DNA of 64,000 bases from Methanobrevibacter sp. (GTDB lineage: Archaea; Methanobacteriota; Methanobacteria; Methanobacteriales; Methanobacteriaceae), in NCBI RefSeq assembly GCF_045220775.1, contig NZ_JBGUWC010000078.1, positions 12,120 to 76,119 of the forward strand, written 5' to 3'. The notes under the pieces were generated by a model. The model ran no database searches. It worked only from the letters and a program-made list of their open reading frames with translations, and was not told the origin of the DNA. Shown here in pieces: positions 1 to 9,327 of this stretch (its first letter is position 1; every line of letters begins with the position of its first letter). The position numbers and the translations under genes are program-made.

Positions 1-101
1 GCAGTCATATCGTCCCTAAACTCGATAATTACTTGGTCTTCATTGTCTGTGGTGAAAACGCTTTTTACTTTTCCAGAATTAATTAACTCTTTTTTGTTCA
101 T
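1..101 (-). CDS. purC: SAICAR synthase (phosphoribosylaminoimidazole-succinocarboxamide synthase), first 33 codons only; gene continues beyond the left edge
   Basis: Reverse complement of 1-101 starts with ATG and reads MNKKELINSGKVKSVFTTDNEDQVIIEFRDDMTA. This matches the conserved PurC N-terminus (GK.K.V..T....EF.DD.TA). It is absent from the ORF track because it is truncated. Confidence 0.6.
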   Translation of the reverse strand, partial: MNKKELINSGKVKSVFTTDNEDQVIIEFRDDMT

Positions 102-189
102 GATATCAACAAAACAATTAAATTATTATGATATAATTTTTGATTTTAATATTATATAAAAATAAGTTAAAAAATGAAAAAAATAGTAG

Positions 190-483
190 TTACAATTTGT
201 TTATGTATGCCACATCATCTTCAGTAAGTCCGAATTTCATTCCATTGAGCAAACCGTTTGGAAGCTCGGAAAGGATGGCTACGGGATAATCATCGCCAGG
301 TCTTAAAAACATTTGATGTGTGACATCCTGTCTTGTCTTAACTACTATCTTATAATTGTTATCTGTTTTAGACAATTTTCCATCCAGAAACACTTTATTG
401 AAAGATTGCTCTAAAAGATAATCCGGAAATGATTCCTCGATACTAAAATATTCCAAAATGTCTTTAAGAATCATTTGAATCAT
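190..483 (-). CDS. hypothetical protein (97 aa)
   Basis: Intact ORF with a 4-nt overlap with the upstream gene 480-860, suggesting translational coupling. No motif recognised. Confidence 0.4.
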   Translation of the reverse strand: MIQMILKDILEYFSIEESFPDYLLEQSFNKVFLDGKLSKTDNNYKIVVKTRQDVTHQMFLRPGDDYPVAILSELPNGLLNGMKFGLTEDDVAYINKL

Positions 484-860
484 TCCAAGCTAGGAAGTTT
501 ATCTTGATCTGAATCATATGAAGAACCTATCAATTCGCCTGTTTCTGTATCAAATTGACGGAACCCGCCGTCTTTGTATGTGACTTCACGGTAATATCCG
601 TAACCATCTTGATAATTGAATTTGACTTCTTCGCTTACAACATCACTGTCATCGTCTGATGAGTCTGTATCATCATCAACAAGAGTTGCATTTTTTACAT
701 CATCAGTCTCTTCAACGGATGAGGAATCAACATCTTCTGAAATATCTGAATCATCAGAACCGTCATCCATTAAGTTAAGTGCTGCAACAGCACCGGCAAT
801 GACAACTAATGCCACGATAGCACCTATCAAAATTTTAACTAAGTTATCCATATTTTTCAC
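480..860 (-). CDS. membrane-anchored acidic protein, unknown function
   Basis: N-terminal hydrophobic helix (ILIGAIVALVVIAGAVAALNL), then a D/S/E-rich linker and a small C-terminal domain. The antisense ORF 616-879 is judged spurious. Confidence 0.5.
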   Translation of the reverse strand: MKNMDNLVKILIGAIVALVVIAGAVAALNLMDDGSDDSDISEDVDSSSVEETDDVKNATLVDDDTDSSDDDSDVVSEEVKFNYQDGYGYYREVTYKDGGFRQFDTETGELIGSSYDSDQDKLPSLE

Positions 861-948
861 CTCACAAAACTTTCAATAGAAATTTGAGTGAAGCCATTAA
901 AATACTTTTCTATTCTATTTATATATGCCGAAGCATAAATTATAAAAC

Positions 949-1158
949 ATGAACATGAAGAATACCGTGATTTTACTCATATTCCTACTTTCCATATTGG
1001 GGTTGATTATAGGAGTCTACTACTCAGAAGACATTGGTAGTGACAGCACTTCCCAAAATAACCAGGAAATAGTATATGAAGATGCCAACGGGATTATAAC
1101 CATCACATTAAAAGAAAATGAAAAAAATGAAAGTTTTTTAGATAAATTTTTTACCTAA
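949..1158 (+). CDS. small membrane protein (69 aa), unknown function
   Basis: N-terminal TM helix VILLIFLLSILGLIIGVYY. Short ORF, no homolog recognised. Confidence 0.35.
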   Translation: MNMKNTVILLIFLLSILGLIIGVYYSEDIGSDSTSQNNQEIVYEDANGIITITLKENEKNESFLDKFFT

Positions 1159-1532
1159 ACTAATGCCAGCTGTACTGAAGCATTTGGGAAATTGCCATAA
1201 TTGCTTGCATGAGATTTGAAAAATTGATTGTTTTCGACATTATTGATTAAAACACCAATCTTAGCATTTATTGAAATTGACTTTTCATCAATGAAGACAT
1301 CCATTTCAAAACAAACAATATTGTTTAAACTTTCTTTTGGCAGATTGAATCTTTGTGAAGCGTCCAATACCTCAAGAGAAACAGGAACATTATTAACATC
1401 AAAATCAAGTAACATCCCATCATCCATTTCAACTGTTTCTTCATAGCTGAAATCATGATTGACTTTAATTCCTAAGATATCTGATGATAAATCATAGTAA
1501 CATATTACCTCTTTCATGTTATCTTCTTTCAT
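1155..1532 (-). CDS. DUF2283-like protein (putative antitoxin partner)
   Basis: ICYYDLSSDILGIKV fits the YD..D.L.I core of DUF2283. Start placed at ATG 1532 behind a GGAGG; the track ORF extends to GTG 1553. Confidence 0.55.
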   Translation of the reverse strand: MKEDNMKEVICYYDLSSDILGIKVNHDFSYEETVEMDDGMLLDFDVNNVPVSLEVLDASQRFNLPKESLNNIVCFEMDVFIDEKSISINAKIGVLINNVENNQFFKSHASNYGNFPNASVQLALV

Positions 1533-1842
1533 TTTCACGTTGCCTCCTTGCACTACTAAATGAATAAGCTGTTATTACAGTAATTTTTTCAAAATCATCA
1601 ATTTCTATTACAATATATAAATCCATTGTTTTACTATTTTCATGGGGATAAATTAATTTAAAACGATTTTCAGATGTTTTTGAAATGCTTAAAAGAATCT
1701 TATCTGTTAAACAATCAAAAATATAATTAAAGTCAACATCTCTTTCAAACCAATTATCCAATACATGATTTTCTAATCTTAAATCAGCACTATCAAATGA
1801 TTTTAATATCCTTTGTGCATCTTCAATATTATAATCAAACAT
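1519..1842 (-). CDS. DUF4258-like small protein (putative toxin partner)
   Basis: 107 aa, directly upstream of and overlapping the DUF2283-like gene. The size and pairing resemble DUF4258/DUF2283 modules. Assignment is from memory of the family, not an alignment. Confidence 0.4.
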   Translation of the reverse strand: MFDYNIEDAQRILKSFDSADLRLENHVLDNWFERDVDFNYIFDCLTDKILLSISKTSENRFKLIYPHENSKTMDLYIVIEIDDFEKITVITAYSFSSARRQRENERR

Positions 1843-2105
1843 ATTTTATACCCTTTATTTAATTTTAAGTCTCTTAAAATCAATAATAGAATATATGGCC
1901 AAATATTTAATTGAAGTTTAGAAACCACAATTAAACTTAGTTTTATTTTATATTTGATGCTTTTTGAAGTGCGATTCTATGTTAAAACATAAGTGTGCAG
2001 TTATATTTAAATTTAACTTTTATTTGAAAGCAATTTTACGAAATTACAGCAATAATTAAAAAAAATAGAAAATTGGATTAGATTAAAACTAATCACACTA
2101 ACAAA

Positions 2106-3593
2106 CTAAACTCTCTCATCAGCATTTTCCCAATCACCAGTTTTGGCATGACGGACAGTCAAAACCAAAGTGACTATCAGCAATACCAATGCTGTTAGAA
2201 CAGTAAAAATCAATTGCTCCATAGACCCATTGTTTATTACATCAATCATTCCACCAATCCAGATGATTGAAATTGCAATCGGGAGAACATATTTGACTAT
2301 TATCAGCCACCATTTGCCGACTTTAATTGTTTTGGTTCTTGAATTGAGAAAATCAATCAGTTTTTCAGCATCAAATATCCAGGCAAATACGATACATTCA
2401 ACTATAATACCAAACAGGAGTGCAATCTGATTGATGAATGTGTCCACATAACCAAGCAAGGATCCTCCATAAGATGTTGCATAAAGCATGGATATTGCAG
2501 CACCGGTTATGCACAATATTGTCATTGTTTTTGAACGTGTCAATCCGAATTTATTCTGGATTGAAAAGGACAATGGTTCGATTGTAGATAATATACTTGT
2601 AAGCCCTGCAAGATAAACTGTCAAGAAGAACAGTGGCCCAAGCACTAATGCCCAATTTCCCAATACGTTGAATACTGTAGGGTATGCGATGAATACAAGC
2701 CCAGTTCCCTGGGTTACAAGGTCTGCTACTGCAGTTCCTGACTGCATTGACATGTAGCCCAAAATTGAAAATACTCCTAAAGCAGCGAAGTTTTCAAAGG
2801 CACAGTTTGCAAAAGCAATTGAAAGGGTATTTGTAATTAAATCCGCATCATCCTTGGTGTAGCTTGCATATGTAAATGCGATTGACATCCCTAGACTTAA
2901 TGAAAAAATAATCTGTCCGAATGCAGCCATCCAAATGTTGAAATTACCCAGAAGAGACCAGTCAGGATTGAAAAGTTCTGCAAGACCTATTGAAGCTCCA
3001 GGCAAAGTGAGGGAAAATCCTACAATGACAATCATTATTATGAATAACAGAGGCACTAAAACCTTTGATACTTTACCAAGCCCCTTTTCAAGGTCTTTAT
3101 GAGAGATAAACCAAATGATAGCCCAACCGATAAGCATTGCAACTGCAATCAACGGAATGAAATTGGTCAATCCCATGTATGAATCTGAAGATTGGAGAAG
3201 AGTAGTAGTAAAGAAGGAATTCGGGTCTGCTCCCCATCCCTTAAAGAAGCTCAAAATCATATAGATTCCATCCCAACCGAGAATGGCTGAGTAATAAATC
3301 ATGATCATGAATACTGCAACCGGCAAAAGCCATCCCAAATACTGCCATTTGGAATCTATGTTTGTAATTGCCTTTGCAAAGGAAGATTTGTAATTATATC
3401 CAACACCGTACTCCAAAATCAAAAAAGGAATTCCCATCAAAAGGATTGCAACTATATATGGTATGTAGAATGCTCCTCCCCCATTAGAATACAGCACATA
3501 AGGATATCTCCAAATGTTTCCAAGTCCGACTGCAGAACCTATCATTGCCAATATGAATGACAAGTTACTGCCCCACTCATTTTTGTCTGTCAT
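2106..3593 (-). CDS. sodium-dependent transporter, neurotransmitter:sodium symporter (SNF/NSS) family
   Basis: Hallmark N-terminal motif WGSNLSFILAMIGSAVGLGNIWRYPY. About 12 hydrophobic segments across 495 aa. Confidence 0.9.
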   Translation of the reverse strand: MTDKNEWGSNLSFILAMIGSAVGLGNIWRYPYVLYSNGGGAFYIPYIVAILLMGIPFLILEYGVGYNYKSSFAKAITNIDSKWQYLGWLLPVAVFMIMIYYSAILGWDGIYMILSFFKGWGADPNSFFTTTLLQSSDSYMGLTNFIPLIAVAMLIGWAIIWFISHKDLEKGLGKVSKVLVPLLFIIMIVIVGFSLTLPGASIGLAELFNPDWSLLGNFNIWMAAFGQIIFSLSLGMSIAFTYASYTKDDADLITNTLSIAFANCAFENFAALGVFSILGYMSMQSGTAVADLVTQGTGLVFIAYPTVFNVLGNWALVLGPLFFLTVYLAGLTSILSTIEPLSFSIQNKFGLTRSKTMTILCITGAAISMLYATSYGGSLLGYVDTFINQIALLFGIIVECIVFAWIFDAEKLIDFLNSRTKTIKVGKWWLIIVKYVLPIAISIIWIGGMIDVINNGSMEQLIFTVLTALVLLIVTLVLTVRHAKTGDWENADERV

Positions 3594-3637
3594 AATTTCC
3601 TTTCCCTTCAGTTATAATTAATTAATAAAATGAATAT

Positions 3638-4486
3638 CTAATATTTCCCAAAATCAATGAAATCAATCGGATGATTATACCTTTTTTCTTCAGGAGGCAA
3701 TACCATATAATCACCGTATAATTCTGTCAATATCTTATCATAATTTTTAGGAACATTAACATATATATCTTCAAATTGTACCTTTTCAACTTCTTTAAAA
3801 TCACTTTTATCATATATTAAAGGATATTCATGAGCCATTGCTGAGATATCAAATACGTTCTTAGCATTTGCATCAGAATATTTACTTAAAAAATTCAAGC
3901 ATTTTTTGTTTATTTTAGTTGGATTTAACTTTAAAATGTTTAAAATATGATATGCAGTATTTGAAATTAGTTTTGGTATAACCGGCAAATCATCTATTCT
4001 TATTTTAGACACTATTAATAATCTATTGTATAAAAATGCTTTTTTAAGTTGGTAAAAACGTTTATATTTATTGTCTGCCAAATCATCCAAAACGAAAATA
4101 TCAATATTAATGCCTATAGTAAAATCAAGTTGCAATGCCCCTTTTTCTTCAAATCTTGTATTTTTAAGATTCAATTTGGCAAATAAGTAAGGGTAATCTT
4201 CTTGTGATTCTATTGACAATAGGTCATATTTTTCATTGGAGGAAAATAACTTTTTGAATCTTTCAAATTCATTCCTCAACATGCAGACGTCTAAATCATC
4301 ATCCCATGGAATAAAACCATTATGCCTTATAGCTCCCAATAAAGAACCCGCATACATGAAATAGGTAAGACCATTTTCATCACAAAACCTGATTAGATCC
4401 TTTAAAATCATTAATTCAACATCATGAATATGTTTTAAAGTAGTGTCATCATATTTCTTTAGTTTCACATTACCACTATTATTCAA
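3638..4486 (-). CDS. LicD-family phosphotransferase
   Basis: YAGSLLGAIRHNGFIPWDDDLDVCM matches the LicD core (G.LLGA.RH.GFIPWDDD.D). 8-nt overlap with the upstream decarboxylase gene. Confidence 0.85.
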   Translation of the reverse strand: MNNSGNVKLKKYDDTTLKHIHDVELMILKDLIRFCDENGLTYFMYAGSLLGAIRHNGFIPWDDDLDVCMLRNEFERFKKLFSSNEKYDLLSIESQEDYPYLFAKLNLKNTRFEEKGALQLDFTIGINIDIFVLDDLADNKYKRFYQLKKAFLYNRLLIVSKIRIDDLPVIPKLISNTAYHILNILKLNPTKINKKCLNFLSKYSDANAKNVFDISAMAHEYPLIYDKSDFKEVEKVQFEDIYVNVPKNYDKILTELYGDYMVLPPEEKRYNHPIDFIDFGKY

Positions 4487-5594
4487 GGAATTTCATGAAA
4501 TTTTCTTTATTTTCAATAGCTGTTGTTGTTGGTCTTCCCAAATCTTTTCTAGAACCTATTGAAGACAATATTTCAATAAATGAAAGTTCATTTCTTGATT
4601 TTGCTAATTTCAATTCATTATCCAAATCATCGAAGTTATCAACAGATGTTGCGTAAGAATAACCGCAAGATTTAGCCACATTAACCAAATCCATTGTTGA
4701 TGCAACCGTAGGCATTCCACCAACAGTCTCATGAGCTGCATTATTTATGACAATATGAACTAAATTGTCTGGATTTACATTACCTACAACCGCTAAAGAA
4801 CCCATATGCATTAATGCTGAACCATCACCATCTATACACCAAATCTTCTCATCAGGCTTATTAATGGCAACACCTAAAGCAATAGAAGAAGTGTGGCCCA
4901 TAGAACCGACAGTCAAGAAATCATACTGATGTCCTTGATTATTAGACTCCCTAATTTCGAAAAGCTCACGGCTGGCCTTGCCTGTAGTTGAAACGATTGG
5001 GTCTTCTCCTGTCACATTAACAATATGTTCAATGATTTCTTCACGAATCATATCATTATCATTTTCATAAGTTACCTTTTCATCATAAGTTAGAGCATTT
5101 TTACGAACTACAAAAGCTACGCTCTTTCCGGAATTTAAAATATCATCATACTCTCGCATTATTGATTTAAGCTCTTCTGCAGTTGTGTCTTCACCAATTA
5201 CAAAGTTTTTTATATCCATCAAATCAAGTAAATCACAAGTAATCTGTCCTTGATAGATATGCTGTGGCTCATCATGAATGCCAGGTTCACCACGCCAGCC
5301 AATTACAAAAATACAAGGAATTGCATAAACTTTATCGTTTAACAAAGAAGCAACAGGATTTATGATATTTCCCTCGCCACTATTTTGCATATATACCACT
5401 GGGACTTTTCCAGTGGCTAAATGATAACCTGCAGCCAGAGCAGTACAATTACCTTCATTAGCTGCAATCAAATGATGTTTTTCATCAATGCCATAGGTAT
5501 TGATTAAATAATTACATAATGCTTTCAGTTGTGAATCCGGAACGCCGGTGTAGAAATCACAATTTAAAATTTCAACAAAATCTTCAACCTTCAT
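4479..5594 (-). CDS. aepY: phosphonopyruvate decarboxylase
   Basis: N-terminus FYTGVPDSQLKALCNY is typical of Ppd/AepY. ThDP-binding motif GDGSALMHMG...VINN (GDG-X25-NN). 371 aa. Confidence 0.9.
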   Translation of the reverse strand: MKVEDFVEILNCDFYTGVPDSQLKALCNYLINTYGIDEKHHLIAANEGNCTALAAGYHLATGKVPVVYMQNSGEGNIINPVASLLNDKVYAIPCIFVIGWRGEPGIHDEPQHIYQGQITCDLLDLMDIKNFVIGEDTTAEELKSIMREYDDILNSGKSVAFVVRKNALTYDEKVTYENDNDMIREEIIEHIVNVTGEDPIVSTTGKASRELFEIRESNNQGHQYDFLTVGSMGHTSSIALGVAINKPDEKIWCIDGDGSALMHMGSLAVVGNVNPDNLVHIVINNAAHETVGGMPTVASTMDLVNVAKSCGYSYATSVDNFDDLDNELKLAKSRNELSFIEILSSIGSRKDLGRPTTTAIENKENFMKFLE

Positions 5595-5603
5595 TGTACT
5601 TTC

Positions 5604-6785
5604 CTACTTGTTTAATTGTGGAGTGATTATTTTCTCTATAAGGAACTCTGCAGTTTTTTCAATATCATCATACTTAACTTCTTTAGGCAAATCCTCACCG
5701 AAAGCATCTTTAACTTTACGGATTAGATCATCAGTGTAAATTAATGTTGCATCACGAATATCTTCAACACCATCCAATGCTAATGATTCGCGATTTGCCT
5801 TATCCATTTCATCAAAGCTAAATACTGATTCATCAATCCAAGCAGAAATGTTGTCATCTTTATATCCAATAATTACCGGATATCCACCGATATGGCCGAA
5901 TACTCCTGGCGCAAATACCTTTTGATTTTCACCGGTGCGAATCGCATCAATGACAGCACTGATAATGCGATAGTTACTTGAAGCGTTCATCATGTTCCTT
6001 TTTTGATCAACTGGCATGCTAATGGAACATCTGCTGAATATTTCATCATGAGGGATGTCTTGCTCTTCGCCTTTATAATATATTTTAAGAGGCAATTCGA
6101 CACCTTCAGTCTGTCCTTCTTTACTTATGCAGACATCATGGAAATGCGCTGCGGCAAAATTGAAGTCAACATTCCAAAAATCGCCAACTCCTAAAATGTC
6201 TGCAACAGCAAATTTCATCCTTGGGATTAAATGATTTAAATTTCCACTTCCAAAGTCGGGATACGCTTTTCCAGCACTTTTAAGCCATGGAATAACTGCA
6301 TCAGAATAAGAAGTGTTAATTACGACAGCATCAGTATCGGCATTTTCACATGCTTCCATGATATTTTTAGTAAATCTAATTGACAATGGAGTCCAAATAC
6401 CATATGCCCTTACATTATTCCAAGAGATACTTCCATATTTAAGACCAGGATAAGCTCTACTGGAATTAACAATGAAATCTGGACTATATTTGGCTATAGC
6501 ACTTTCAATTGAAGCAATATCATTTAAATCAACACCCGCTTCAACAAGGATTTCAGATTTATTTAATTCACGAATAAGGCTTGCAACACGGACAATATTA
6601 ACATCAGACTGCATTTTTTCTTGGTTCCTTCCAACGACGACCAATTTTATTGCAGGGTCATTTTTACTAACTAAAAAGTCCAATAGATAAGTTCCAACAC
6701 TTCCCAAACCAATAATCATGATTGTAATTTCATCATCTTTCACATGTTTTTCAACAATTTTTAATCTTTCATCTAAAGTTTTCAT
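5604..6785 (-). CDS. NAD(P)-binding oxidoreductase, saccharopine-dehydrogenase-like fold (tentative)
   Basis: N-terminal Rossmann signature IMIIGLGSVGTYLLDFL followed by about 280 aa. The overall layout is reminiscent of saccharopine/carboxynorspermidine dehydrogenases. No alignment done. Confidence 0.45.
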   Translation of the reverse strand: MKTLDERLKIVEKHVKDDEITIMIIGLGSVGTYLLDFLVSKNDPAIKLVVVGRNQEKMQSDVNIVRVASLIRELNKSEILVEAGVDLNDIASIESAIAKYSPDFIVNSSRAYPGLKYGSISWNNVRAYGIWTPLSIRFTKNIMEACENADTDAVVINTSYSDAVIPWLKSAGKAYPDFGSGNLNHLIPRMKFAVADILGVGDFWNVDFNFAAAHFHDVCISKEGQTEGVELPLKIYYKGEEQDIPHDEIFSRCSISMPVDQKRNMMNASSNYRIISAVIDAIRTGENQKVFAPGVFGHIGGYPVIIGYKDDNISAWIDESVFSFDEMDKANRESLALDGVEDIRDATLIYTDDLIRKVKDAFGEDLPKEVKYDDIEKTAEFLIEKIITPQLNK

Positions 6786-6786
6786 T

Positions 6787-7557
6787 TTATTTCTCCCAGT
6801 AATTTTTGATTAATTTATAATCTTCACGGGTATTGCAGTTTACCCAATGCTTTAACCCGATGATATCCACATCAGAAGTATTTTCAACCAAATCAAAATA
6901 TTTCTGAATTATTCCAAGATTGGTATCATCTATGAGGTTTTCATAAAAATTATCATTGGCAATCCTAAGCAGTTCCATATCTTTGAATTTCCAAGTCTGT
7001 CCGGAATTGAAAATGGCCTTAAAAGGCTCATCCAATGACAGCAATCCATGGTCGCTATTGAATAAATAATGATATTCATTTTGTTCATTTTGGTATAAAA
7101 CAACCGCCTTATTTGAATAAATCGGTTCAAAATTAAATGTTAAAACATTTTTGCTGGATTCCACAACATTAGAAAATGATTCCTCATCAATATCCAAATC
7201 CCCTTCAACAAACAATATTTCATCAATATCATTGAAATTATCTAAAGATTCTTTTATTCCAAGATATAAACTATAACCTGAACTTAAATCACTATAATGG
7301 TCATTATAAACAGTTAGAATTTTATCCTGTAAATCTTCAGGAATCTGATTGTTAATGTAGTCAACCAAATCTTCATATTTGTATCCTCCGACAATTACAA
7401 TTTTATCGGCATAACCTGCTTTTTCAAGCATCCGATAAATTAAAGTATCACAAGGATTTTCTTCATAATAGAGACACTTCAAGATTTTTTCATCTTCAGG
7501 AACATCCTTATTGAACCTGCTTGAAATTCCCGCTACGGTAATGATTACGATTTTCAA
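6787..7557 (-). CDS. nucleotidyltransferase, LicC/PntC-like (GT-A fold) (tentative)
   Basis: N-terminal IVIITVAGISSRF resembles the (L)AAG.G.R(F/L) NTP-transferase loop. TTG start 2 nt after the stop of the upstream SDR gene. The next in-frame Met would delete the loop. Confidence 0.5.
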   Translation of the reverse strand: MKIVIITVAGISSRFNKDVPEDEKILKCLYYEENPCDTLIYRMLEKAGYADKIVIVGGYKYEDLVDYINNQIPEDLQDKILTVYNDHYSDLSSGYSLYLGIKESLDNFNDIDEILFVEGDLDIDEESFSNVVESSKNVLTFNFEPIYSNKAVVLYQNEQNEYHYLFNSDHGLLSLDEPFKAIFNSGQTWKFKDMELLRIANDNFYENLIDDTNLGIIQKYFDLVENTSDVDIIGLKHWVNCNTREDYKLIKNYWEK

Positions 7558-7559
7558 AT

Positions 7560-8570
7560 CTATTCACCTAAATTGAGGTAATTTTCAAGACATTCATCCA
7601 ATCCCTTATCCAAATCAATGATTGGTTCCCAATCAGTTCTTGTTCTGATTTTTTCGGTTGATAATAATCTCCTTTCAGGATCAGATTCACGATAACCTTC
7701 AAACTTAATAACCGGTTCATCAATGCCCATTTTCTTAGCAATTAATTTAGTCAAATCTATGATTGATATCTCTTCATCGGTTGCAACATTATAGATTGTA
7801 CCATCCAGTGCTGAATCTGTTTTAGCCAATGCCAATACTGCACTGCAACTATCATAATTGTTTAAAAATGTCCTGCAGTTCTTTTTAGAATTTTCTAATA
7901 GTGTTACTTCACCATCATTGATAAAGCTGTTTATAATGTGAGGTATGATATGTTTTGGCAATTTTTCATTTTTACTGTAAACATTTGCGAAACGAATAGA
8001 ACATCCTTTAATTTTGCCGTTGTCTACTGCATCCTTCATGAAAAACTCAGTTAACAGTTTTCCGGTTGCATAACTTGTTCTTTGACTGTGTTCCGCATCA
8101 GCCATTGTGATAAAGTCTGATTCTTTAACTCCACCATCCTCATTCCATGAATTCATAGAGTAAATCTCTGAAGTGGAACAATTGATGTATTTTTCAGCCC
8201 CAACTTCAATAGCCTGACTTAAGAAATCATTCATGCTAACCACATTAGTTTCATAGGTTTCATAAACCTTATAAAAATGCTCTGTGTGAACTACTGCCGC
8301 ACAATTGATATATACAACTTCATCAAAGCAATCTTTAGATTCCAATACAAATGATTTGATTTTATTCATCTCTTCCTTGTTATTTAAGTCATATTCATAA
8401 AAATCAAATCTTTCATCATCCAAACAGTCTGCTACTGTATCAATTGAAGATGCATAAAAATTATCAAAGCCTATGATTTTTACTTCATCTTCCTCTTGGT
8501 TTAAAAGTTGTCTTACCAACTCGTTACCTGTCATGCCGGTAACACCACTAATTACATATAAAACTTTCAT
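7560..8570 (-). CDS. NAD-dependent epimerase/dehydratase (extended SDR)
   Basis: GVTGMTGNELV (G..G..G) near the N-terminus and a Y...K catalytic pair (SYATGKL). 336 aa. Confidence 0.85.
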   Translation of the reverse strand: MKVLYVISGVTGMTGNELVRQLLNQEEDEVKIIGFDNFYASSIDTVADCLDDERFDFYEYDLNNKEEMNKIKSFVLESKDCFDEVVYINCAAVVHTEHFYKVYETYETNVVSMNDFLSQAIEVGAEKYINCSTSEIYSMNSWNEDGGVKESDFITMADAEHSQRTSYATGKLLTEFFMKDAVDNGKIKGCSIRFANVYSKNEKLPKHIIPHIINSFINDGEVTLLENSKKNCRTFLNNYDSCSAVLALAKTDSALDGTIYNVATDEEISIIDLTKLIAKKMGIDEPVIKFEGYRESDPERRLLSTEKIRTRTDWEPIIDLDKGLDECLENYLNLGE

Positions 8571-8581
8571 AGAAATACACC

Positions 8582-9322
8582 TTAAATTCCATTTCTTAAT
8601 CTTTTTTGATAAAATTCATCAATTTGACCATCATATAAATCCATTGCCTTTTCAACTGGATATTTGACTGCCTTTAATTCAACTGCCATATTTTCACTAT
8701 CCAAAATGGCATATTGTGCATTCGGATTATGATTTCTAGGCTGTCCGACAGATCCAGGATTAATAAATAAAACCGCTTTTTTGTTCCTCATTTCCGGATT
8801 GTCGACCTCATAAAACTTTTGAAAACAATGAGGGTAATGAGAATGACCTGATAAAACAATATCATATCCTGAATAATCCCCATTAAGGTTATCTGGAAAA
8901 ATAGATTTCCAATAGCTATCATTTAATGAACCATGAATTGCCAATACATCTTTTCCATCCAACTTAAATTTATACTTGCCATCATGAATTAATTCATTGT
9001 TCAAATAAGATTCAGCATCCTCATTTAACTGCGAAGCAGTAAATTTTGCAGATTCAACACCGCGCTTGCTTGAAAAATGATTAAAATCTTCAGTTAAAAT
9101 AGCATTTTCATGATTTCCCCATATATTGCAAATAATTTTAGAGGACAAGTTTTCTTTAATGAACGCAACAACTTCATTTGATTGCATTCCATAATCTATC
9201 AAATCACCCAATAGAATAACTGATTCAATATCACGATTGCTTAAATCGTTAATTACCTCCTTTAGGGCAAATAGATTTCCATGAATATCTGACAATATTG
9301 CATATTTCGACAATTTAATCAC
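8582..9322 (-). CDS. metallophosphoesterase (calcineurin-like, YfcE/MJ0936-like)
   Basis: Ordered motifs DIHGN, GDLIDYG, GNHE, GHSH. GTG start. Confidence 0.85.
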   Translation of the reverse strand: MIKLSKYAILSDIHGNLFALKEVINDLSNRDIESVILLGDLIDYGMQSNEVVAFIKENLSSKIICNIWGNHENAILTEDFNHFSSKRGVESAKFTASQLNEDAESYLNNELIHDGKYKFKLDGKDVLAIHGSLNDSYWKSIFPDNLNGDYSGYDIVLSGHSHYPHCFQKFYEVDNPEMRNKKAVLFINPGSVGQPRNHNPNAQYAILDSENMAVELKAVKYPVEKAMDLYDGQIDEFYQKRLRNGI

Positions 9323-9327
9323 GATTC

